Source of the DNA: Bacilli bacterium
GTDB lineage: Bacteria; Bacillota_I; Bacilli_A; RF39; UBA660
Assembly (NCBI GenBank): GCA_017409025.1
Contig: JAFQTN010000014.1
Location: 46,628 to 110,627, forward strand
Length of the DNA stretch: 64,000 bases
Reading direction: 5' to 3'
The notes below the pieces were generated by a model, which searched no databases, was not told the origin of the DNA, and saw only the letters and a program-made list of their open reading frames with translations. The position numbers and the translations under genes were made by a program. This document shows, piece by piece, positions 18,739-26,795 of the stretch; the stretch's first letter is position 1, and each line of letters begins with the position of its first letter.

Positions 18739-20568
18739 ATGTTTGCTAATATAAAAAAGAAGAAACTATTTCTTATAGTATCAATTTTAACCTTGGTATT
18801 TATGATATCTGGTGGAACATATGCTTATTGGTATTGGTCTAATATTGGTGATGCTAAAAACTTAGTAATTGATGTTGCAGGTTTAAGAGATAGTGATATT
18901 ATGTATAAAGAAGGAGATTCTTACTTTGTTGGTGATTTTCAACCTACGAATTCTTTTTGTGAGAGTATAAATACTACGATTTCATTTAAGAAAGCAGACC
19001 GTGTAAAAGATTATCCGTTATATGCTACAATCCACATGGATATTAATTCTATTGGTAGTAATATAACTGCATCAGATGATGTTTATTGGATTGTTACAAA
19101 AGGTGATAATACTATAACTTGTGATAATGGTTTATCTTCTGATTCAGTATTAAACTATGGAATATTTCAAGGAATTGAGTCGGGCGATGCATTGAATATA
19201 TTAGAAAATATTGAAGTTACTACTGAAGAACAAACATTTACTATATGGATATGGATTGATTATATGGGTGATACGATATCTTCTATATCAGGTGAGATTA
19301 TTGATTCAAACATATGGACCGAAATTACAATGTATAATGTAATTGACACTGGTAATCCACCTGCTCTTGATAAAGGTATGATACCGGTAACAATAGCAAA
19401 TGATGGAAAAGTAACGACAGTATCTGCTAGTGATCCTAGTTGGTATAATTATAATAATAAAGAATGGGCTAATGTGGTATTAGTAAATGAGAATGCTACA
19501 TCTGGTGTAGCAAAATCACATTCAAGAAGTTATTATTTATCTAACTTATCTGATAATGTAGAAGTAGCAGAAGAAGATATACTAGCATATTATGTATGGA
19601 TTCCTAGGTATAAATATAGAATATCATCTTCAACAGCAACTTCAATTGATATTGAGTTTGAAAATTCATTTGATGCTAGAAATTTAGGAAATGCAACTAC
19701 AACGTATTATACGCATCCAGCATTTTGGTGGGATGATGATAATGATGGTGTAACCGATATTGGAGAAATGTTGTCAGGAATTTGGGTTGCAAAATTTAAA
19801 GAAAGTGGAACAAGTAGTCAACCATTAGTTTTACCTAATAAACAATTTTTAGATAGTAAAAATGTTGGAGATAGTTTTAGTACTTCTTTAATGTATGCTG
19901 GCGGAACTTTAACTGGAAAAGATGTTAATTTTGTTGGTAATAGTTTTTATGGATTAAGTTCAAGAGTTGATAGTCATTTAACGAAAAATAGTGAATGGGG
20001 AGCTATTGCATATTTAACTCGTTCTGAGTATGGAATAAATAAAGCGCTTATCTCTAATGGTACTGTTGGCGATTTAAGTGGAGAACGTGATTTTGCTAAT
20101 TCTCTAACTGGTTGTGGTGAAGTGAATGAAGAAAACAATTGTTCGAAAATATATGGACAATTATCATCTTATCCACAAAGTACAACAGGAAATATAAGTG
20201 GCATATTTGATATGTCTGGGGTTTGGGAAATTGTAATGGGAAATTATAATAATATGATTATTGATAGCATTAATATGTCATCTAATTTTGAACAAATGCC
20301 TGAGATAAAATATTATGATTTATATACTTCTAAAAGCATGGAAACTGCATGTAATGGTGGAATATGTTATGGACATGCATTATCAGAAACACTTCATTTT
20401 ACTGATGGAGATAATTATTTCTTCGATGATAATTATGGGGATGATACTTATTATACTCCATGGTTAGTTCGTAGTGATTTGTTTGATGTTTTTAGTGTTG
20501 CTAATGATGTTATTGATAATTGGTTTACTAGTGGTGTCTCTTCCCGTTCTATTTTGATTACTAGATAG
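18739..20568 (+). CDS. secreted protein with TasA/SipW-type signal peptide
   Basis: KKKKLFLIVSILTLVFMISGGTYAYW resembles the SipW-cognate signal class (..GGT.AYF/W). The RBS favours the ATG at 18739 (track start 18727). The mature protein has no recognised enzymatic motif. Confidence 0.55.
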   Translation: MFANIKKKKLFLIVSILTLVFMISGGTYAYWYWSNIGDAKNLVIDVAGLRDSDIMYKEGDSYFVGDFQPTNSFCESINTTISFKKADRVKDYPLYATIHMDINSIGSNITASDDVYWIVTKGDNTITCDNGLSSDSVLNYGIFQGIESGDALNILENIEVTTEEQTFTIWIWIDYMGDTISSISGEIIDSNIWTEITMYNVIDTGNPPALDKGMIPVTIANDGKVTTVSASDPSWYNYNNKEWANVVLVNENATSGVAKSHSRSYYLSNLSDNVEVAEEDILAYYVWIPRYKYRISSSTATSIDIEFENSFDARNLGNATTTYYTHPAFWWDDDNDGVTDIGEMLSGIWVAKFKESGTSSQPLVLPNKQFLDSKNVGDSFSTSLMYAGGTLTGKDVNFVGNSFYGLSSRVDSHLTKNSEWGAIAYLTRSEYGINKALISNGTVGDLSGERDFANSLTGCGEVNEENNCSKIYGQLSSYPQSTTGNISGIFDMSGVWEIVMGNYNNMIIDSINMSSNFEQMPEIKYYDLYTSKSMETACNGGICYGHALSETLHFTDGDNYFFDDNYGDDTYYTPWLVRSDLFDVFSVANDVIDNWFTSGVSSRSILITR

Positions 20569-20588
20569 TGTATATGTAGTATTGTTAT

Positions 20589-20624
20589 AAACAAATAGTT
20601 AATTTTAACTGTTTGTTTTTTTTT
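20589..20624 (+). terminator. rho-independent terminator
   Basis: 12-bp stem AAACAAATAGTT / AACTGTTTGTTT followed by a T-run. Confidence 0.7.
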
Positions 20625-20695
20625 ATAAATATATTAATTAATTTACATATATTTAATAATTTGTTATAATCTTATTATAGGAAGGATAGAATAGG

Positions 20696-22825
20696 ATGGA
20701 ACAAGAAATATTAAAATTATTAAGTAAAAAGAAAAATATATCGTTAACTAGTATTGAAATAAATGATTATTTAAATTTAGATACTGTAGATGAATATTCT
20801 AAATTAGAAAAGGTATTAGAGAAGTTATGTCAAGATGGGAAAATTTATTATAGTGAAAAGAAGAAGAGATATACTCTAATAGAAAATACTAATTTTAAAA
20901 CAGGAAGATTATTAGTTAATCCTAAAGGGTATGGTTTTGTAGTATTAGATAAAAGTTTTAATGAGGATGATATTTATATTCATGGATCTAATTTAGCGGA
21001 AGCTAGAAATAATGATATTGTAATTATTGAAATAATTAATAAGAATTCTCGTGAAGGGAAAGTAGTAAGAGTATTAAAAAGAGACGATTCTACTTTGGTT
21101 GGTGAAGTATATCTTAAAGATAATATGTATTATGTACATCCGGATAGACAGGGATACCTTGATATGTTAATTCCAGAAGATAAACTTAAGGGTGCTGTTC
21201 CTGGACATAAAGTATTAATTAGACCAATAACTAAAGGCCGTGAATTTATTTGTGAAGTATTAAGAATAATTGGTCATAAAAATGATGTTGGTGTTGATAT
21301 CTTATCGTATGTGTATCAATATGAATTTGATCCTATTTATTCTGATAAAGTGATGGATGAAGTAGAAACATTACCTACTGAAGTAATGCCATCTGATATA
21401 GAAGGTAGAGTAGATTTACGTGATGAAATGATATTTACTATTGATGGGGATGATACTAAAGATATAGATGATGCTATTAGTATTAAGAAATTATCTCCTG
21501 ATACTTATGAATTAGGTGTTCATATTGCTGATGTATCTCATTATGTTAAAAAAGATGGGGTAATTGATAGAGATGCTTATGATAGGGGTACTAGTGTATA
21601 TCTGGTAGATAGAGTAATTCCAATGTTACCTCATAAGTTATCTAATGGAATATGTTCACTTAATCCTAATGTAGATAGATTAGCGTTATCATGTGTTATG
21701 AATATTAATACTAAAGGGCATGTTACTAGTTATAAGATATTTAAATCAGTAATAAGAAGTAGAAAGCAAATGACTTATAACTGTGTAAATGAAATATTAG
21801 AAAATGGAAATATTCCAGAAGGTTATCATGAATATGTCAATGACTTAAATTTAATGAATGAGTTATCTAATATCTTAAGAAAGAAAATGGTAAGTCATGG
21901 ATACTTAGAATTTAATAGACCTGAGGCTAAAATCTTAGTAGATGAGAATTGCCATCCATATAAAATAGAATTAAGAAGTCAAAGAACTGGAGAAAAATTA
22001 ATTGAGAACTTTATGATTGCTGCGAATGTTACTGTAGCTGGATATATTGAAGATATGAAAGTACCAGGGATATATCGTGTACATGATAAACCTAATAAAG
22101 AAAAACTACAAGTATTCTTAAAATTTTTGAATCATAAAGGATATAATGTTAAAGCAGATATTAATAAATTTAAAGTAACTGATTATCAAAGATTACTAAA
22201 ATTATTTGATGGTAAAGACGATGAAGTAATGCTAAATACTATGGCTATTCAAACAATGGCTAAAGCAAAATATTCTGATACCAATATTGGACATTTTGGT
22301 ATTGCTAATAAGAGATATGCTCACTTTACTTCACCTATAAGAAGATATCCTGATTTAACATTACATAGATTAGTTAAAGAATATACTGAAAATAATACTC
22401 CTCAAACTGTATCTTATTGGCAAAAGAAATTATTTGATATAGCTAATCAATCGTCTAAAAAAGAACAAGATGCTATTGACTGTGAAAGAGATGTAGAAAA
22501 AATGAAAAAAGCCGAATATATGGAAGATCATATTGGTGAAATATATGAAGGTGTAATTAGTGGTGTATGTGAATTTGGAGTGTTTGTAGAACTTGAAAAT
22601 ACAGTTGAAGGATTAGTAAGAATTGAAGAATTACCAGGAGATCATTACTTATATAGTAAAGAATTAAATGCGATGTTAGGTAGAAAAAACAAAAACAAAT
22701 TTGTCTATGGTGATAGAGTTACTGTAGAAGTAGTGAAAGCATCAAGAGAGACTTCTCAAGTAGATTTTATAATAGTAAAAGGTGATAATATTGAAAAAAA
22801 GGAGAAAGAAACTAAAGAAAAATAA
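20696..22825 (+). CDS. rnr: ribonuclease R
   Basis: RNB-domain motifs (IDGDDTKDIDDAISI, HFGIA..YAHFTSPIRRYPDLTLHR), N-terminal cold-shock-like region and C-terminal S1 domain (EGVISGVCEFGVFVEL). Confidence 0.92.
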   Translation: MEQEILKLLSKKKNISLTSIEINDYLNLDTVDEYSKLEKVLEKLCQDGKIYYSEKKKRYTLIENTNFKTGRLLVNPKGYGFVVLDKSFNEDDIYIHGSNLAEARNNDIVIIEIINKNSREGKVVRVLKRDDSTLVGEVYLKDNMYYVHPDRQGYLDMLIPEDKLKGAVPGHKVLIRPITKGREFICEVLRIIGHKNDVGVDILSYVYQYEFDPIYSDKVMDEVETLPTEVMPSDIEGRVDLRDEMIFTIDGDDTKDIDDAISIKKLSPDTYELGVHIADVSHYVKKDGVIDRDAYDRGTSVYLVDRVIPMLPHKLSNGICSLNPNVDRLALSCVMNINTKGHVTSYKIFKSVIRSRKQMTYNCVNEILENGNIPEGYHEYVNDLNLMNELSNILRKKMVSHGYLEFNRPEAKILVDENCHPYKIELRSQRTGEKLIENFMIAANVTVAGYIEDMKVPGIYRVHDKPNKEKLQVFLKFLNHKGYNVKADINKFKVTDYQRLLKLFDGKDDEVMLNTMAIQTMAKAKYSDTNIGHFGIANKRYAHFTSPIRRYPDLTLHRLVKEYTENNTPQTVSYWQKKLFDIANQSSKKEQDAIDCERDVEKMKKAEYMEDHIGEIYEGVISGVCEFGVFVELENTVEGLVRIEELPGDHYLYSKELNAMLGRKNKNKFVYGDRVTVEVVKASRETSQVDFIIVKGDNIEKKEKETKEK

Positions 22826-24008
22826 TATACTTTTATTTCTTTTAGCATTAATATTAATTCCAATATCAATAACTAGTGTATTTCAATATTTTAAATCTGA
22901 AAGTGGGAATAGTTTAGAATTAAATATTATAGAAACACCTGAAGAAAAAATATATGAAGCAAGTTTAATTATGGTAGGAGATGCTTTAGTTCATAATAGT
23001 TTATATAATGATGCGAATAGATTAGCTAATTATGATGGATATGATTTTAAACCTCACTTAAAGTTAATTAAAGAAGAAGTATCAAACTATGATATAGCTT
23101 ATTATAATCAAGAAACAATTTTAGGAGGAACTAGTGTTGGATTATCTAGTTATCCTTCTTTTAATTCACCACAAGAACTTGGAGATGCGATGATAGATGC
23201 CGGATTTAATTTAGTAAGTTTAGCTACAAATCATACTTTAGATAGAGGAGAAAAGGCCGTTAAATTATCAAGAGAATATTGGAATAAACAAGAAGGTGTT
23301 CATGCTGTAGGAAGTTATCTTAGTTATGAAGAAAAAGAAACCTTAGAAACCAAAATTTTAGAAGTTAATAATATTACATATGCAATGTTAAATTATACTT
23401 ATGGAACTAATGGGATACCAGTTCCTAGTGGTAAAGAATATTTAGTGAATTTATGGAATGATACTTATAATTACGAAGGATATAAAGAGAAAGTAAAATC
23501 GGATATTTTAGCTATGAGAGATAAAGTAGATATCCTAATTGTGGCTATGCACTGGGGGAGAGAATATACTCATAAACCTACTGATTTAGAAATAAAAACT
23601 GCTAAGTTTTTAGCTGGTTTAGATGTAGATATTATAATAGGGACACATCCTCATGTAATACAACCTGTTGAATGGATTGACGATACACTAGTATTCTATT
23701 CCCTAGGAAACTTTATATCAGCGCAAACTAGTAGTTCATGTTCTAATTATAAATGTAATATTGGTTTAATGAGTTCTATGACTATTAAAAAGACGATTAA
23801 AGAAGGGGATACTAAAATAGAAATAAATAATATTAATAATAATTTAATATATACATATCATAAAAATTATACTAATTTCTTAGTTATACCATTTTCTAAT
23901 CCTAAAATAAAAGAATATTTAGTAAATTATGAGGATGTATTTAACCAATATAGTGGTATAATAGAAACAGATGACGAAAGTATAAAATTAGTTCCGTTAG
24001 CTAAATAG
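22791..24008 (+). CDS. CapA/PGA_cap family metallophosphatase-like protein
   Basis: N-terminal TM helix. [22 protein letters not shown] and GTHPHV motifs of CapA (poly-gamma-glutamate capsule synthesis family). Start is uncertain (TTG 22791 with AAAGGTGA RBS, or GTG 22782). It overlaps the rnr 3' end. Confidence 0.75.
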   Translation: MKKRRKKLKKNNILLFLLALILIPISITSVFQYFKSESGNSLELNIIETPEEKIYEASLIMVGDALVHNSLYNDANRLANYDGYDFKPHLKLIKEEVSNYDIAYYNQETILGGTSVGLSSYPSFNSPQELGDAMIDAGFNLVSLATNHTLDRGEKAVKLSREYWNKQEGVHAVGSYLSYEEKETLETKILEVNNITYAMLNYTYGTNGIPVPSGKEYLVNLWNDTYNYEGYKEKVKSDILAMRDKVDILIVAMHWGREYTHKPTDLEIKTAKFLAGLDVDIIIGTHPHVIQPVEWIDDTLVFYSLGNFISAQTSSSCSNYKCNIGLMSSMTIKKTIKEGDTKIEINNINNNLIYTYHKNYTNFLVIPFSNPKIKEYLVNYEDVFNQYSGIIETDDESIKLVPLAK

Positions 24009-24018
24009 GGAGGTAATT

Positions 24019-24456
24019 ATGGAAATAGTAAATAGGCAAGCAACATTTAACTACTTTGTAGAAGATACGTATGAGGCTGGAATTGTATTAAAAGGAACAG
24101 AAATAAAATCTATTAGAGCGGGAAAATGTAATATAAAAGATAGTTATGCTATTATTAAAAATAATGAAGTATATTTACTAAATACACATATTTCTCCATA
24201 CGAAAAAGGTAATATTTTTAATCATGATGAAACCAGAACTAGAAAATTACTTCTAAATAAAAAAGAAATTCTAAAGTTAAATAATAAACTTACTTTAGAA
24301 GGTTATACTTTAATTCCTTTAAAAATATATTTTGTTAAAGGTAGAGCTAAGGTATTACTAGGGGTATGTAAGGGTAAGAAAAATTATGATAAACGTGAAT
24401 CTATTAAAGAAAAGGATTTACAAAGAGAAATGAGTAAAAACACTAAATATAGATAA
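24019..24456 (+). CDS. smpB: SsrA-binding protein
   Basis: 145 aa. [23 protein letters not shown]...[13 protein letters not shown] is typical SmpB. Confidence 0.92.
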   Translation: MEIVNRQATFNYFVEDTYEAGIVLKGTEIKSIRAGKCNIKDSYAIIKNNEVYLLNTHISPYEKGNIFNHDETRTRKLLLNKKEILKLNNKLTLEGYTLIPLKIYFVKGRAKVLLGVCKGKKNYDKRESIKEKDLQREMSKNTKYR

Positions 24457-24483
24457 TTTTGTCTATATTTAGTTTTATTTTAC

Positions 24484-24512
24484 TTGAATTCTATATAAAA
24501 CTTTGATATAAT
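24484..24512 (+). promoter_or_regulatory. sigma-A promoter of rpsU-yqeY
   Basis: TTGAAT (24484-24489), 17-nt spacer, TGaTATAAT (24504-24512). Confidence 0.55.
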
Positions 24513-24541
24513 CATACTTGAGTTGAAGGGAGGGAATAGAA

Positions 24542-24733
24542 GTGACAGTAAGCGTTAAAAATAATAATGTAGAATTAGCTATTAGAAAATTTAAAACTGA
24601 AATAGCTAGAAGTGGGACCCTTTCTAAAGCTAGAGAAAGAGCTGACGGTTATAAAAAACCAGGAGTAAGACTTAGAGAAGAAAAGAAAATCAATACAATG
24701 AATTCAAGAAAAAACAATAAAAATAAATACTAA
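24542..24733 (+). CDS. rpsU: 30S ribosomal protein S21
   Basis: 63 aa, basic. ...LAIRKFKTEIARSGTLSKARE...YKKPG. GTG start after AGGGAGGG. Confidence 0.88.
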   Translation: MTVSVKNNNVELAIRKFKTEIARSGTLSKARERADGYKKPGVRLREEKKINTMNSRKNNKNKY

Positions 24734-24744
24734 GAGGTGTTAAT

Positions 24745-25194
24745 ATGACTTTATTAGAACTATTAAATAAAGATATGATTACTAGTATGAAAAATAAAGA
24801 TAGTTTTACACTTGGAGTAATTAGAATGGCTAAAGGAGCTATTCAACTAGAATCAATCAATAAAAAGAAAGAATTAACTGATGATGAGATTATATCTGTT
24901 CTTTCTAAACAAATAAAAATTAGAAATGATTCTATCGAAGAATTTGCTAAAGCTAATAGATTAGATTTAGTAGAACAAAATAAAAAAGAAATCGAAATAT
25001 TAAATAAATATATGCCGGAACAATTATCTTTGGAAGAAGTAATTAAAATTATTGATGAAGCAATATCTTTAATAAAACCTACTAGTTCAAAGGATATGGG
25101 GTTAATAATGAAAGAAGTAACTCCTAAAGTAAAAGGCAAGGCCAATATGGCAGAAGTAAGTTCTTTAATTAAAGAAAAACTTACAAACATTTAG
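24745..25194 (+). CDS. yqeY: GatB/YqeY domain protein
   Basis: 149 aa. MKNKD...LGVIRMAKGAIQ...ELTDDEIISVLSKQIK pattern. The rpsU-yqeY order is conserved in Firmicutes. Confidence 0.85.
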   Translation: MTLLELLNKDMITSMKNKDSFTLGVIRMAKGAIQLESINKKKELTDDEIISVLSKQIKIRNDSIEEFAKANRLDLVEQNKKEIEILNKYMPEQLSLEEVIKIIDEAISLIKPTSSKDMGLIMKEVTPKVKGKANMAEVSSLIKEKLTNI

Positions 25195-25303
25195 TAGTGG
25201 TATCAACTATGCGATATATCTAGTAATCACTTACATATACGAGATAAATATGTATACCATACATAAGCATAGCTGATATATGTGTTAATAATATTAACAC
25301 ATC

Positions 25304-25340
25304 AAAAAGTGATGTTTAAACCACGCATCACTTTTTCTAT
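25304..25340 (+). terminator. rho-independent terminator of rpsU-yqeY
   Basis: AAAAGTGATG (25305-25314) pairs with CATCACTTTT (25326-25335), followed by a T-rich tail. Confidence 0.7.
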
Positions 25341-25350
25341 TTTCTAATAT

Positions 25351-25379
25351 TTGATATTTATTTAATTTTATAGTATAAT
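25351..25379 (+). promoter_or_regulatory. sigma-A promoter of hisS
   Basis: TTGATA (25351-25356), 17-nt spacer, TATAAT (25374-25379). Confidence 0.55.
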
Positions 25380-25403
25380 TTCATTGTGAAAGAGGTAATA
25401 AGT

Positions 25404-26681
25404 ATGAAAATAATTAATACTCAAAATTTAAAAGGTGTATCTGATTTTTATGGAAAAGAACAAATAATAAGAAATAAAATAATAAACATATTAAGAAGTA
25501 CTTTTGAGAATTATGGATATTCTCCATTAGATTCATCTATTTTATATAATTATGATATTTTAGCATATAAATATCAAGATGGAGCAGAAATATTAAATGA
25601 AATATATACTCTAAAAGATCAAGGAAATAGAAATTTAGGGCTTAGATACGATTTAACTATTCCTTTTTGTAAAGTTATATCTAATGAAAAAGATTTAAGA
25701 TTACCATTTCGTAGATATGAAATAGGGAAAGTATTTAGAAATGGTCCTGTTAAATTAGGAAGATGTCGTGAATTTTATCAGTGTGATATAGATGTTGTGG
25801 GAATAGATGGAAGAGATATTGAAATAGAACAAATCTTATTGGTATTAAATGCTTTCCAGAAATTAGGAATAAATATTGTTATTAAGTGGAATAATCGCAA
25901 GTTAATGTCTAGTTTAATTAAATATATTGGAATAGAAGAAGAAAAGATAGATTTAGTTATTGGTACTATAGATAAATTAGAAAAATTATCTAAAGAAGAA
26001 TTAGTTAAAGAATTTAATAAGATTAATATTGATGAAAATACTGTATACAAATTATTAGATATATTTACTAAAGATATTAATTACTATAATAGTTTAAGTA
26101 TTTCAGATACTTTATTTACTGAAGCATTATCTGAAATAAATGAGTTAAATGATAAATTAGAAAAACTAAATATTAAAAATAAAACTAAATTTACACCAAC
26201 TTTAGCTAGAGGATTAAGTATCTATACTGGTACTGTATTTGAATTTTATGATATAGAAGAAAGATTAACGTGTTCACTTGGTGGTGGAGGAAGATATAAT
26301 AAAATTATTACTGATTTTATTAGTGATGGAAATACTTATCCGGCAGTGGGACTTTCTTTCGGATTAGAACCAATATATACTATATTAAAAGAAGAATTAG
26401 ATGATACTAATCTAGTAGATATTTATATTGTACCAATGGATACTGAAACTGAATGTTTAAATTTAGCAGATAAATTAAGAAAGAACAATTTAAATGTTTT
26501 AGTAGAATTAAATAAAAGAAAAGTTAAGAAATGTTTTGAATTTGCTAATAAAGAAAATATTAAATATGTTATAGTCGTAGGAAGTAATGAAATAGAGAAT
26601 AATAGTTATACGATAAAAGATATGACTGAAGGTATGCAATATACGATGACTGAAGAAGAATTATTAAATTTTTTAAAGTAA
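25404..26681 (+). CDS. hisS: histidine--tRNA ligase
   Basis: Class II motifs LRYDLTIPFCK, FRRYEIGKVFRNGP and GRCREFYQCDIDVVG, plus a C-terminal anticodon-binding domain. AGAGG RBS favours the ATG at 25404 (track GTG 25386). Confidence 0.88.
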   Translation: MKIINTQNLKGVSDFYGKEQIIRNKIINILRSTFENYGYSPLDSSILYNYDILAYKYQDGAEILNEIYTLKDQGNRNLGLRYDLTIPFCKVISNEKDLRLPFRRYEIGKVFRNGPVKLGRCREFYQCDIDVVGIDGRDIEIEQILLVLNAFQKLGINIVIKWNNRKLMSSLIKYIGIEEEKIDLVIGTIDKLEKLSKEELVKEFNKINIDENTVYKLLDIFTKDINYYNSLSISDTLFTEALSEINELNDKLEKLNIKNKTKFTPTLARGLSIYTGTVFEFYDIEERLTCSLGGGGRYNKIITDFISDGNTYPAVGLSFGLEPIYTILKEELDDTNLVDIYIVPMDTETECLNLADKLRKNNLNVLVELNKRKVKKCFEFANKENIKYVIVVGSNEIENNSYTIKDMTEGMQYTMTEEELLNFLK

Positions 26682-26687
26682 AAAAAA

Positions 26688-26722
26688 TGCTAAATACATA
26701 TATATGTGTTTAGTATTTTTTA
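26688..26722 (+). terminator. rho-independent terminator of hisS
   Basis: CTAAATACAT (26690-26699) pairs with ATGTGTTTAG (26704-26713), then TATTTTTT. Confidence 0.65.
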
Positions 26723-26795
26723 TTTTCTCTTGACATCCTAAATATTTTTTATTTTAGCGGTATAATCAATATATATAATAGAGTGGTGTGATAAG

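Noticed and set aside
24457-24541. tmRNA (ssrA) directly downstream of smpB.
   Set aside because: Only 85 nt are available. There is no tRNA-like acceptor or T-arm sequence and no G-rich 5' end. The interval is occupied by the rpsU promoter.
25195-25403. T-box leader upstream of hisS, suggested by TTAGTAGTGGTATCA, which resembles the T-box sequence.
   Set aside because: The T-box-like string sits right at the yqeY stop codon and about 100 nt from the terminator. Stem I would have to lie inside the yqeY coding region. hisS also has its own consensus promoter only ~25 nt upstream of its RBS.
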